Shown here in pieces: positions 17,441-25,564 of a stretch of DNA of 64,000 bases. Source of the DNA: Bdellovibrionales bacterium (GTDB lineage Bacteria; Bdellovibrionota; Bdellovibrionia; Bdellovibrionales; UBA1609); NCBI GenBank assembly GCA_965243065.1, contig CBDETO010000005.1:1470672-1534671 (forward strand). Reading direction: 5' to 3'. The notes below the pieces were generated by a model. It ran no database searches and was not told where the DNA came from. It worked only from the letters and a program-made list of their open reading frames with translations. Position 1 is the first letter of the stretch, and each line of letters opens with the position of its first letter. The position numbers and the translations under genes are program-made.

Positions 17441-17662
17441 CTTGCCGGTCATCTGCCGGCTGTTTTTAGCTTTTTTAGAAAGTTTCCGCCTACTTTCCGC
17501 TCATTTTTCCCATTTCTCAGAGACTTTCCGCCTACTTTCCGCTGGTTTTTACCCACTTTTACAAAGTTTCCGCTCACTTTCTGCTGGCTTTTTCCATTTT
17601 TCAGAAACTTTCCGCCTACTTTCCAGTGTGTTTTTTTTCGGTTTTTTAGAATTTTCTGAAAC
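17441..17662 (+). repeat. 42-nt tandem repeat array (about 5 copies), iteron-like
   Basis: The core TTTCCGC(C/T)(T/C)ACTTTC(C/T)GCT starts at 17483, 17525, 17567 and 17609, an exact 42-nt period. A degenerate copy sits at 17441. The 23-nt inter-core segments are also related (..TTTTTCC.ATTT.TCAGA.AC). Confidence 0.85.
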
Positions 17663-18594
17663 AGATATCTCTGTCAGAATTTTTTGTAAAATAGTTTAAA
17701 ACTTTATTAAAAATGATCTTTACGCTCCTCACTTCCTCAGCGTCCAACAAAGGATAAAAAATTTTTAGGAAGGGGAACTTTTTATTGTTTTTCTAAAGCT
17801 CTTAGGCAGCTTTATTTGATAATTTCAACTTTTCTAAAATAGGTTTTAAAGCTTTTTCCAATTTGACAAAATGATCTATCATCTCCTCTTGAATTTGATC
17901 CCATTCACTTTCTGGACTCCTATAGCCACCTATATCAAACCATTTCAAGAAGCCTTCCTTATTGCTTTTTGCAAAACCCCTATTTTTACTATTATCTTTC
18001 TGTTCTAATACAAAACCAATTTCAGATTCCAAACTCTTTTTCAATTCAAAAAACTTCTCCTTTAATTCTGGGTTGAACAGAACAGAGACAGCTACTTTGT
18101 CTGTATTCACCCAACAACCAAGCTGCACACCTGTCTTCTCAACTTCATTATGCCTATTTGTCCACCAATGAGGCTTGTCATTAGAAAAAAAGCTCGTTTT
18201 ATTTTTTGCTTTTTCTAAAAAACTTCTCCAAAAATTTATTTTTAATTGCTTTCTCCCGCTTTGTTCCTTTTTCTGTTCACCTATTTTCCTCATTTCTATA
18301 CTTGGTCTGCAAATAACTTTAAAAAACGGAGCAGGATTTGAACTATCAATTTGATAGCTTTCCAGTTGGATCAAGTAAAAATCCTTATCTGTAAACTCAT
18401 TAAGCCAATCAATTACATTGATATGCTCTTGTCTAACTTCTTTTGCAACCCATACAGCTATTTCAGACTCCATATTTATCATGTAAGTCATAATTTGTCC
18501 TAGATGTTTGTGATTAGTTTTTTCTAGCTGATTTTCTATAATGACTTTGTCCTTGACCCCCAAAAAGAGGCTACCTCCTAAATAAGGAGGAAAA

Positions 18595-18954
18595 GTGGAA
18601 AGGTTCTATAAGAGAGTTCCAAAAGAGCAAAGGTTCTTAATTTTGTCAGAGCATTTCAATGGCGGTTTGAGTATATCTGAGTTATCTAGGAAGTATCAGA
18701 TTCAACCAGCTACGATCTATAAATGGAGGGAGAAGATGAAAAAAGAAGAGGAGAAGCTTTCTTTTGATTCAAAGCCACTTTTGGAAGAGATAAAGCACTT
18801 AAAGCAAGAAAACAGTCTTTTAAAGGAAACAGTGGCTCAACAGGCATTGGATATCACCACACTCAAGCAGTTCAATGAGTTTGTTAAAAAAAAGCGGAAG
18901 GAAGAAAGACGGAGTATGCAAAAGAGTTCCTTGAGGGTCAGAGGATCGAAGTGA
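18595..18954 (+). CDS. IS3-family transposase OrfA
   Basis: HTH region GGLSISELSRKYQIQPATIYKWREK plus a leucine-zipper-like segment. GGAGG lies upstream of the GTG start. Confidence 0.85.
   Translation: MERFYKRVPKEQRFLILSEHFNGGLSISELSRKYQIQPATIYKWREKMKKEEEKLSFDSKPLLEEIKHLKQENSLLKETVAQQALDITTLKQFNEFVKKKRKEERRSMQKSSLRVRGSK
18888..18894 (+). promoter_or_regulatory. Programmed -1 ribosomal frameshift heptamer A AAA AAG of the IS3 element
   Basis: In the orfA frame the sequence reads GTT AAA AAA AAG. I translated the -1 frame from here (KAEGRKTEYAKEFLEGQRIEVSKKR..) and it is stop-free into orfB. Confidence 0.7.
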
Positions 18955-19787
18955 GCAAGAAGAGGTTTTGTGAGTTGATTGATATTCACCCAAAGTCCAT
19001 TCACAAGGGTAAAAAGGTTAAGGCCATTTCCACTGCCAAGAGGAAGCGAGAGGAAATGGATAAAGAAGTGTTGTCAGGGATTAAGGAAGTGATAAGGCAC
19101 CGTAGTACTTATGGTTATAAGCGGGTGACAGCTTTATATAATAGGAAGAGGGTGAACAATGGTCTGAGCAGGTATAACAAGAAGCGTATTTATCGTGTCA
19201 TGCGGGATAATGGTTTGTTGCTTCCGAAATCAGGTATTTTGAAGAGGGAGCATAAGGGCACGGGTAAAGTGATGACGTTATATTCAAACACCAGGTGGTG
19301 TTCAGATTGTTTTGAGATACATTGTTTTAATGGGGAGAAGGTGTATGTGTGTTTTGTTTTAGATAGTCATGACAGGGAGATAATAAGCTTTGTGTCTTCT
19401 TATCGTCCGTTGTTATCGGAAGATATTCAGAGTTTAATGGTTATGGCTGTAGAGCGTAGATTTTCAGGCGGAAGAGCTTCTAGGGAGATTGAGTTTTTAT
19501 CGGATCGGGGGAGTATTTACAGGGCTTATAATGTGCAGGCTTTAGCCAGGCGGTTGGGCTTAAAATCGTGTTTTACAAGAGCTTATAGTCCTGAAAGCAA
19601 TGGTATGGCGGAAGCCTTTGTGAAGACATTAAAGAGGGATTATGTGTATGTGAGTGATTGTTATGATGCACAGACAACGATGAAACTATTGGAGCAGTGG
19701 ATATATGATTATAATCACAGGGCACCGCATTCCAGCCTTGGAATGCGTTCTCCGGTGGAGTATATTAAATTAACACAATCGAGGTAG
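18951..19787 (+). CDS. IS3-family transposase OrfB (DDE), normally expressed as an OrfAB fusion
   Basis: ..RWCSDCFEI.., ..FLSDRGSIYRAYNVQALARRLGLK..YSPESNGMAEAFVKTLKRDYV..YNHRAPHSSLGMRSPVEY closely follows the IS2 InsD pattern. The -1 frame is open from the slippery site to 18951. Confidence 0.85.
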   Translation: MSKKRFCELIDIHPKSIHKGKKVKAISTAKRKREEMDKEVLSGIKEVIRHRSTYGYKRVTALYNRKRVNNGLSRYNKKRIYRVMRDNGLLLPKSGILKREHKGTGKVMTLYSNTRWCSDCFEIHCFNGEKVYVCFVLDSHDREIISFVSSYRPLLSEDIQSLMVMAVERRFSGGRASREIEFLSDRGSIYRAYNVQALARRLGLKSCFTRAYSPESNGMAEAFVKTLKRDYVYVSDCYDAQTTMKLLEQWIYDYNHRAPHSSLGMRSPVEYIKLTQSR

Positions 19788-20324
19788 CCAAAAATGGGGG
19801 CCAATCCAACTTTTTTATTTTCTTTCGTTGTGGCGCTAATATCCACCCTAAAATCAGAGTTACTCCAAGAACTCTCCGTTTCTGATTCCTCTAACTCTAA
19901 TCCAATAGCCTCCCCTAGAATATCTAGATTATCATTTAACCAGTTGGTGAAATCTGTATCTTCACGAGACCATATTTCCCGTAGTTCAACTTTTTTTAAT
20001 CTTCCTATTTTCATTTTTTTCCTCTTTTTCTAATTATTTACTCTATCGGCCTTTTTCTAAAAAATATAAATTTTAAATACAATTAGCATAAATAAAAAAA
20101 GTTTCCACCTTAGAAGAGAGATATCCCTATTTTCAATAGCTTGTCTTATGATATTTTTCAAAGCGGTAATTCATATGCAACAATTCATATGAAGCAACTT
20201 ATCTATAAATTTATATTTCTATATGAAAAAAATTTAAGCTTATGAAAGCTCTTGACATTTTAAATAAACTCATTGATTTTCTAAGATTAAATTTTGGATT
20301 TGACGTTTTTGGAGAATAAACAAG

Positions 20325-20693
20325 ATGAATCTTTTGCAATCAGGTCTAATAAAAAAAATAGCAAAAAGTCCAATTAATCCTATTTTGTATCTATGTATTT
20401 TTATTTCTATTCCTCTATTTTATTTAGCAACAAAGACAGAAGGTTATATATCTGTAACTTTTATTATTATAGCAACCTTTATTATAATATTATTTTTTAT
20501 AGCGTATTTTTACTTACTTTTTAAAAATCCCGAATATCTTCGTTCGGAACAGTATCAATTTCAAATGAATCAAATGAGATTTTATGGTGATAAAGACAAT
20601 CCAAAAAGTATAGAAATAGGTACTATTGACTCTTTAATAAAAAAACCAAAACAAGATAGCTCACCCAAGGCAAAAGAAAATGAATCAAAATAA
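20325..20693 (+). CDS. Small membrane protein (122 aa, 2 predicted TM helices)
   Basis: PINPILYLCIFISIPLFYLA and VTFIIIATFIIILFFIAYFYLLF are hydrophobic helices. The gene overlaps the next ORF by 14 nt. Confidence 0.45.
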   Translation: MNLLQSGLIKKIAKSPINPILYLCIFISIPLFYLATKTEGYISVTFIIIATFIIILFFIAYFYLLFKNPEYLRSEQYQFQMNQMRFYGDKDNPKSIEIGTIDSLIKKPKQDSSPKAKENESK

Positions 20694-20973
20694 AAAAGTA
20701 TATTTAATTACATACTCTACAGATGTAAACTTTAATATAGTTCGCCAAAGGATAAACGAACTTGTAAATAAAGGATATATTATTGATTGGTGGTATTATA
20801 TTGATAATACTTATTTGGTTGCTTCTTTATTGGATGCAAATACACTATACAATCAAATTAGTTCCTCTATTGCAAATAAAAGTTTTTTAATTATTGAAGT
20901 TAAAGCTGAAAATGTACAAGGCTGGCTACCGCAAAGAGCATGGAATTGGATACTTAAACATAGGAACTCTTAA
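20680..20973 (+). CDS. Small soluble hypothetical protein (97 aa)
   Basis: ORF overlapping the upstream membrane-protein gene. The pattern VYLITYS..W.Y..NTYLV.S...A..L...I......SFLIIEV....QGWLP..AW.W suggests a small alpha/beta fold. No family name can be given with confidence. Confidence 0.4.
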   Translation: MNQNKKVYLITYSTDVNFNIVRQRINELVNKGYIIDWWYYIDNTYLVASLLDANTLYNQISSSIANKSFLIIEVKAENVQGWLPQRAWNWILKHRNS

Positions 20974-21061
20974 TATCGTCCTATCTTTGAACTTTTAAAA
21001 AAATTATTTAGACTTTTCCTTATCAATTAAGTCATCTGATTTTTGAAACTATAAGAAATTT

Positions 21062-21397
21062 TTAATGATTTAAAAAGCTCATTATTACATTTACAATTGA
21101 AGCAATAAAAATCAGTATCCCTATTCTCAGAGAAATTTTTCTGCCTTTCTTTTCTTCAATATACCTTTCTTCATTTTGTTTTAAAATCTTCTCTAAGAGT
21201 TTTGCTGTATTTACCTGAGCACTATGAATTTGTGCCTTTCTTTGAGTCGTTCTATGAATTGCTTCTTCTACTTGCTTGTTTCTAAATTTGAAAGAAGAAA
21301 TAAGCGAAGCTACATCTATTTTAGGCACTTTTGTGTTTTTAACATTATTATCAATAGAAACAGGTTGATGTGTTTTGATATTTTCTTCTGTTTTCAT
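21062..21397 (-). CDS. Tail-anchored hypothetical protein (111 aa)
   Basis: ORF with a C-terminal hydrophobic helix LRIGILIFIASIVNVIMSFL. No motif recognised. Confidence 0.35.
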   Translation of the reverse strand: MKTEENIKTHQPVSIDNNVKNTKVPKIDVASLISSFKFRNKQVEEAIHRTTQRKAQIHSAQVNTAKLLEKILKQNEERYIEEKKGRKISLRIGILIFIASIVNVIMSFLNH

Positions 21398-21526
21398 AAT
21401 GCTATAAAATATTAGAAATCATAAAAAAAGGCAAATTTCTTTTAAAAATGGATTAAAAATATTAAAAAAGCTTTCTCTTAGAGGTTCTTTTGTATGCGAT
21501 ATAAAGGAGTAACTCCCACGAGTAGT

Positions 21527-21650
21527 TTTTACGGGAAATTTACGGGATGTCCTGGTTAGGAGAGGTGAGAAGCGGTTAGCAACGGGAAACAAGAGTGGTT
21601 TTTTGTTGAACGGTTCAGTTATTTTTGACTTTTGAAACCCTATGCCTGCG
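21527..21650 (+). repeat. Conserved element arm, copy b, immediately left of the intact tRNA-Pro core repeat
   Basis: TTTTACGGGAAATTTACGGGATGTCCTGGTTAGGAGAGGTGAGAAGCGGTTAGCAACGGGAAACAAGAGTGG..GTTATTTTTGACTTTTGAAAC aligns with copies a (15387) and c (31001). Confidence 0.8.
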
Positions 21651-21788
21651 TCCTGTCTCCCCGACCATCTGATTGCACGAACTTTGTAAATTCTGTGTTT
21701 GGACATTTCAGGAAATGTCGGGGTATTTCAAGCCCCTGAGTTTCTTGGTTAATCAGGCAACTGCCATTTCACTGTGTTTGTGTCCGGG
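21651..21788 (+). repeat. Direct repeat, right copy (tRNA-Pro 3' core plus 121 nt)
   Basis: See 5751-5888. TCCTGTCTCCCCGACCA followed by TCTGATTGCACGAACTTTGTAAATTCTG.. is identical to the sequence after the tRNA. Confidence 0.9.
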
Positions 21789-21960
21789 CCTCCCGACCCC
21801 CTTATATAGGGTGGACAAAATGGATTACTTGAGTTTGAGTTATAAAACAGAAAGAAAAGCAGCAAACAACAAAGGGGGAATGCTTGAAAAGATACACAGA
21901 AGAGGGAGAATTTATGCGAGATATTCTCCCTCTATAATCCTGTGGCTTTCAATAAGGTTT

Positions 21961-23127
21961 TTACAAAACAACTTCCGATAGACAGTAATCTCTATCTTTA
22001 AAAGTGTTGCCTATTTTATCTCTGACGATACGTAGAGTTTCAGAATCAGTATCTTCAGGCATATTGAGGTTTGTAGGGTAAGTAATATCTATATACTTTT
22101 CATATCTTGCTGCGTCTTTTCTGATGTTATCTACTACCCAAATATCCCGGTGAATAGGATTAGTACTTCCTGAAGTGCTCATAACAGTATAATGAGCAGG
22201 TGTACAAAGAGTAGGATCATCTTCTTCTGAAGCAACAGCAGTCGCCTCCTCTGCCGATGCAGGATCATCTTCTTCTGAAGCAACAGCAGCCGCCTCCTCT
22301 GCCGATGCAGGATCATCTTCTTCTGAAGCAACAGCAGTCGCCTCCTCTGCCGATGCAGGATCATCTTCTTCTGAAGCAACAGCAGCCGCCTCCTCTGCTG
22401 ATGCAGGATCATCCCCTGCTAAAACAGCATCTCCTGAAGTAGAACCATCATCAGCCTCTGTTAATGCAGTATCATCTCCTCCTGAATCTACAGCTGTATT
22501 ATCACATATAGTGTATTTCGTGCTTCCTGTAGTATATACTTCTATTTTCTGAATTTTCGATGCAAATTCACTTTGTTTTACAATCAGACACACATCATAA
22601 CTCAAACTCTTTACACCCACAGCCCCATCAGCAGATTTATAAGAAATATCTAGTCTGGCCCCATAAAGAGGGGGTGCTCCGTGGTATCTTTGAAAAATCT
22701 CGCCTTGCGGAACAATTATATAAACCTCTTCTTCCTTTGTAGCTTCTGCCAGCTGAATCTTAACGGTTTCCAATTCCCTTTCTTTTTGATCTAAAGTCGC
22801 CAGCAGTTCCCCCAACTCCAATTCCTTTTCTTTTTGATCTAAAGTCGCTCGCAATTCCCCCAACTCCAATTCCTTTTCTTTTTGATCTAAAGTCGCTTGT
22901 AATTCCCCCAACTCCTTTTCTTTTTGATCTACATTAGCTTGCACTTCCTCTATTGCTTTTTTAACCTCATTTAACTCTGTACTGATTATATTGGGTACTC
23001 TTGCTTTTTCACAACCACTGCCTGGAATTAAAATAAATAAAGCCAAAGACAGATTGACAACTATTTTCCGACTTTTAAAGATAGATATCATTGAATAAAC
23101 CCTCCGTTTTTTAATTTCAAATATCAC
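21961..23127 (-). CDS. Lipoprotein with coiled-coil and acidic tandem repeats
   Basis: Lipobox LFILIPGSGC. It has about 3.5 copies of ATLDQKEKELELGELR and 4 copies of DDPASAEEA(A/T)AVASEE. The likely true start is the internal MISIFKSRK. Confidence 0.65.
   Translation of the reverse strand: MIFEIKKRRVYSMISIFKSRKIVVNLSLALFILIPGSGCEKARVPNIISTELNEVKKAIEEVQANVDQKEKELGELQATLDQKEKELELGELRATLDQKEKELELGELLATLDQKERELETVKIQLAEATKEEEVYIIVPQGEIFQRYHGAPPLYGARLDISYKSADGAVGVKSLSYDVCLIVKQSEFASKIQKIEVYTTGSTKYTICDNTAVDSGGDDTALTEADDGSTSGDAVLAGDDPASAEEAAAVASEEDDPASAEEATAVASEEDDPASAEEAAAVASEEDDPASAEEATAVASEEDDPTLCTPAHYTVMSTSGSTNPIHRDIWVVDNIRKDAARYEKYIDITYPTNLNMPEDTDSETLRIVRDKIGNTFKDRDYCLSEVVL
22213..22416. repeat. 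48-nt tandem repeat, 4.25 copies (acidic repeat of the lipoprotein gene)
   Basis: The unit AGGATCATCTTCTTCTGAAGCAACAGCAG(T/C)CGCCTCCTCTGCCGATGC starts at 22213, 22261, 22309 and 22357, with a partial copy at 22405. Confidence 0.9.
22765..22945. repeat. 48-nt tandem repeat, about 3.5 copies (coiled-coil repeat of the lipoprotein gene)
   Basis: The unit TTCCCCCAACTCCAATTCCTTTTCTTTTTGATCTAAAGTCGC.... starts at 22807, 22855 and 22903. The last copy has a 6-nt deletion, and a partial copy precedes at about 22765. Confidence 0.85.
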
Positions 23128-23362
23128 AAAACCCTATCACACCCTTATTATAGATGTCCATAACTAAGTTATTTGTATATCATATCTAGTGTAATTATTT
23201 CACCTCTGTTATTTCGCTATACAACATAATAAGGCGACTATTAATGGAATATACTTCATTGGAAAACACCGAAGTTACAAGGGTTAGTTTCTGAACCTGT
23301 AAAAATCAAAGCTCAGGTTTTATATTTTTTGGTTAGCTTATCAGCCGAAGCGAAATGGCAAG

Positions 23363-24448
23363 TCAACGATGTTCTGTTCCCCCCTTGCGGGTGAGATAAT
23401 CCCCGGATACAATTTTTCTCAAACAGCGATCTCCGTTTTGGTCCCTGGTTTCTGTGGGAGTGCGAAGAACAACCCCTTCACGAATATGATCAGCACCTTC
23501 AATAACTGTCTTCCCGTCAGCCAGCTGGTTGGCCCGTTCGATCTCCTTACCTCCCGGACACTCTGTCTCCCCAAGAAGAGGAACGCAACAAATCCCAGCC
23601 TCCTGAGCCAAAGCCTGCACCTCTGTAAAGTCCGCATACTGCCATCCATTTTCACTACCCAGTTTAACAATAGCTTCAAAAATATAAAACTCCGGCTGCT
23701 GATGTCCGTAATGAATATCCTGTACTTTTCGACCCACAATCTCACCAATCACACCGGTTGCAAAAGCCTTTGGCCATTTGGTATCCAGAGCTTTTCTTAT
23801 TTCTGAAAGTTTTGGTCCCAATATTTTGTGGTATAGATTCTCCTTATCTTGTTTCAAAGCCATATTCTTTGCCGCAAGCCCTTTTGAGGAAATAACAACC
23901 TCTCCCTTGTAAAACACGACAACACAGAGGGTCCCATGCAGCTTTTCTGTAATAAGAACCTTCGTCCCTGGCAGGATGGCTTCAGGATCAGACTTCCAGC
24001 TCTCAACATCATACCGGGGAAGCCGGACAGGGCTTACATAAACCTGACCTTCCATTCGCACGGGAACCGGTGGTTCATACTTGGTTATTCCTAAAAATCC
24101 ACTCACATCCTCTCCCTCATTAAAACTTTTTTGTTCACCTGTTTCCGGGTGAGTCAGCTTTCCATCTTCAAAGGGAAGGATCAAGCCCTGAGAGAGAATC
24201 TTCCTAAGCCTTATGGCCTTAACTCTATTCTTACGGCTTCCCGCTAGCCGCCCTTCTACCCCGATAACTTTCTGAATAGCTTCAGGAACAAGAGCCTGTT
24301 CAGGAATATAGACCACCTTTTCACCTACCCGGTGTTGCCCTCTGCCCACCACAACTTGCCAACCTCCAATACGAGCCACATCTAATCTGTCCGCATGCGG
24401 ATGAGTAGAAACCTCATCCAGATGGCACACCTTTACTTTAAATTCCAT
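23363..24448 (-). CDS. ATP-dependent RNA ligase (Rnl2/Rnl5-like; N-terminal OB-like domain plus nucleotidyltransferase domain)
   Basis: The N-terminus VKVCHLDEVSTHPHADRLDVARIGGWQVVVGRGQHRVGEKVVYIPEQALVP follows the DRB0094-type RNA ligase pattern. Motif I is ITEKLHGT (K-x-H-G as in T4 Rnl2 EKIHGTN). G+C is far above the flanks. Confidence 0.6.
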   Translation of the reverse strand: MEFKVKVCHLDEVSTHPHADRLDVARIGGWQVVVGRGQHRVGEKVVYIPEQALVPEAIQKVIGVEGRLAGSRKNRVKAIRLRKILSQGLILPFEDGKLTHPETGEQKSFNEGEDVSGFLGITKYEPPVPVRMEGQVYVSPVRLPRYDVESWKSDPEAILPGTKVLITEKLHGTLCVVVFYKGEVVISSKGLAAKNMALKQDKENLYHKILGPKLSEIRKALDTKWPKAFATGVIGEIVGRKVQDIHYGHQQPEFYIFEAIVKLGSENGWQYADFTEVQALAQEAGICCVPLLGETECPGGKEIERANQLADGKTVIEGADHIREGVVLRTPTETRDQNGDRCLRKIVSGDYLTRKGGTEHR

Positions 24449-24538
24449 TAATCCCCCTACTTGATTATACTAAATTTATCCTACGACTGATCCGGTATGG
24501 AATCCGCACCCTTAACCCTCTTAGAAGAAGTTACAGAT

Positions 24539-25293
24539 GGTTCAAGATAACTTAAAGTGGTCATTTTTAATAAGTTTTAACAATATTCTATATAAGTCAT
24601 CTTGTCTATAATTAAATCTAAATTCACACTCTTTGAGATGCAAGTAAAAAGTATCCTTATTCATTCCTCTAAATTTAGATAATCTCACTTTAGCTAATCC
24701 CCAAAAGTTTTCAATTCCATTGATATGGTTTTTTATATTCTTTTGTTCTCTTTTTGCAAACTCATTCTTACCATGATGAACTCTGTAATGCTTTGTATAG
24801 CCCATATTCATTAACCCATCATAAGTCTTAAAATCATCTGTATATACAATAACTAACCTAGATATTCTTTGATTTATAAGGGGAATAATGACTTTTTTAG
24901 AGCAATTCTTAATAACTTGGGTATAGACTTTATCTTCTCTGTGTTTAAGGCCAAACACGATTGTTTTACCATAAGAGCCTCTTCCTCTTTTTCCCTTAAT
25001 GCGTTTAGCTCCGAATTAACTTTCATCTATTTCTATTTCTTCTTTTTTGAAAGGGCTTTGTTTCTCACAAAATCGGGCAATCTGCATTCTGATTTGTTTT
25101 AAAATTTTGTTAGTTGTGGGGCGACTTACTCCTGATAGAAAAGCTATTTGTGTAGCTGTTAAATCAGCAGAGAAAAACTTAATAATTTCTCTAAATTTCT
25201 TCTCTGAAATACGGGGACGAATAAAATACCTACTTTTCACAGTCATAACAATAAGTTAACTCCTATTAAAGTCAACTCAAATAGTCATGAACC
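24539..25293 (-). mobile_element. IS1595-family (IS1016-size) insertion sequence with inactivated transposase
   Basis: 755 nt. Imperfect IRs: GGTTCAAGATAACTTAAAGTGG (24539-) against the reverse complement of ..GTCAACTCAAATAGTCATGAACC (-25293) = GGTTCATGACTATTTGAGTTGAC. It has a single transposase frame. Confidence 0.75.
24542..25246 (-). pseudogene. IS1595-family (ISXO2-like DDE) transposase with an in-frame nonsense codon
   Basis: The two ORFs (25246-25016 and 24958-24542) are in the same frame. The junction reads EIEIDES*FGAKRIKGKRGRGSYGKTIVFGLKHREDKVYT, with TAA at 25016-25018 replacing the Tyr of the family motif DESYFGG.RKGKRGRG. Confidence 0.75.
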
Positions 25294-25564
25294 TTTTTAT
25301 TAAAATGTAGTTTTCAAACTATGTTTATTTGTTTAATTTTTTTCAGATAAGAACCGATAATATTTTTATGCATTACTTAGTTGGTGGGTTGTTCCTCTTT
25401 TGTTCAATAAGTTTTGTTCGTTTCATTTACTTATACTATTCCAGTAAAAGAGATTTCGAAAAATTAAATCAACCTTATAATATAGGGAATTATATAAGAA
25501 GCCTTAGAAATGTAGATTGTCCTTGACCCCCAAAAAGAGGCTACCTCCTAAATAAGGAGGAAAA

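Larger units (their letters stand above)
18548..19808 (+). mobile_element. IS3-family (IS2-group-like) insertion sequence, copy 1, apparently intact
   Basis: 5'-TG..CA-3' ends. IRs are TGTCCTTGACCCCCAAAAAGAGGCTACC against the reverse complement of GGTAGCCAAAAATGGGGGCCAATCCA. A 4-nt target duplication ACTT sits at 18544-18547 and 19809-12. orfA and orfB lie in 0/-1 frames. Confidence 0.9.
17802..20014 (-). pseudogene. DUF4268-like / PD-(D/E)xK nuclease-like gene split by IS3 copy 1
   Basis: The N-terminal part (20014-19813) reads MKIGRLKKVELREIWSREDTDFTNWLNDNLDILGEAIGLEL..DISATTKENKK. It continues after the IS (from 18547 down) as VIIENQLEKTNHKHLGQIMTYM..DWLNE..DFYLIQLE. Removing the IS and one ACTT copy restores ..KENKKVIIENQLEK.. 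in frame. Confidence 0.65.

Noticed and set aside
17411-17699. ORFs 17411-17659 and 17436-17699, or a CRISPR-like array
   Set aside because: Two overlapping plus-strand frames are open only because the 42-nt period is a multiple of three. There is no SD and the peptides are implausibly Phe/Pro/Arg-rich. The inter-core segments are themselves conserved, so they are not spacers.
21419-21981. ORFs 21419-21706 (-) and 21673-21981 (+), and their twins 15268-15453 and 5773-5979
   Set aside because: They coincide with the conserved arm and direct-repeat DNA of the island ends. Conservation is at the nucleotide level and stops at the repeat borders, so they are att/arm sequences rather than genes.
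22179-22442. ORFs 22179-22412 (-) and 22257-22442 (+) inside the lipoprotein gene
   Set aside because: These are alternative-frame and antisense readings of the 48-nt tandem repeat (repetitive QQRRRLLLLQKK peptides). The lipoprotein frame, with lipobox and full length, explains the region.
23369-23806. ORFs 23369-23806 (+) and 23419-23748 (-) overlapping the RNA ligase gene
   Set aside because: High local G+C suppresses stop codons in the off-frames. The 361-aa frame carries the recognisable ligase motifs.
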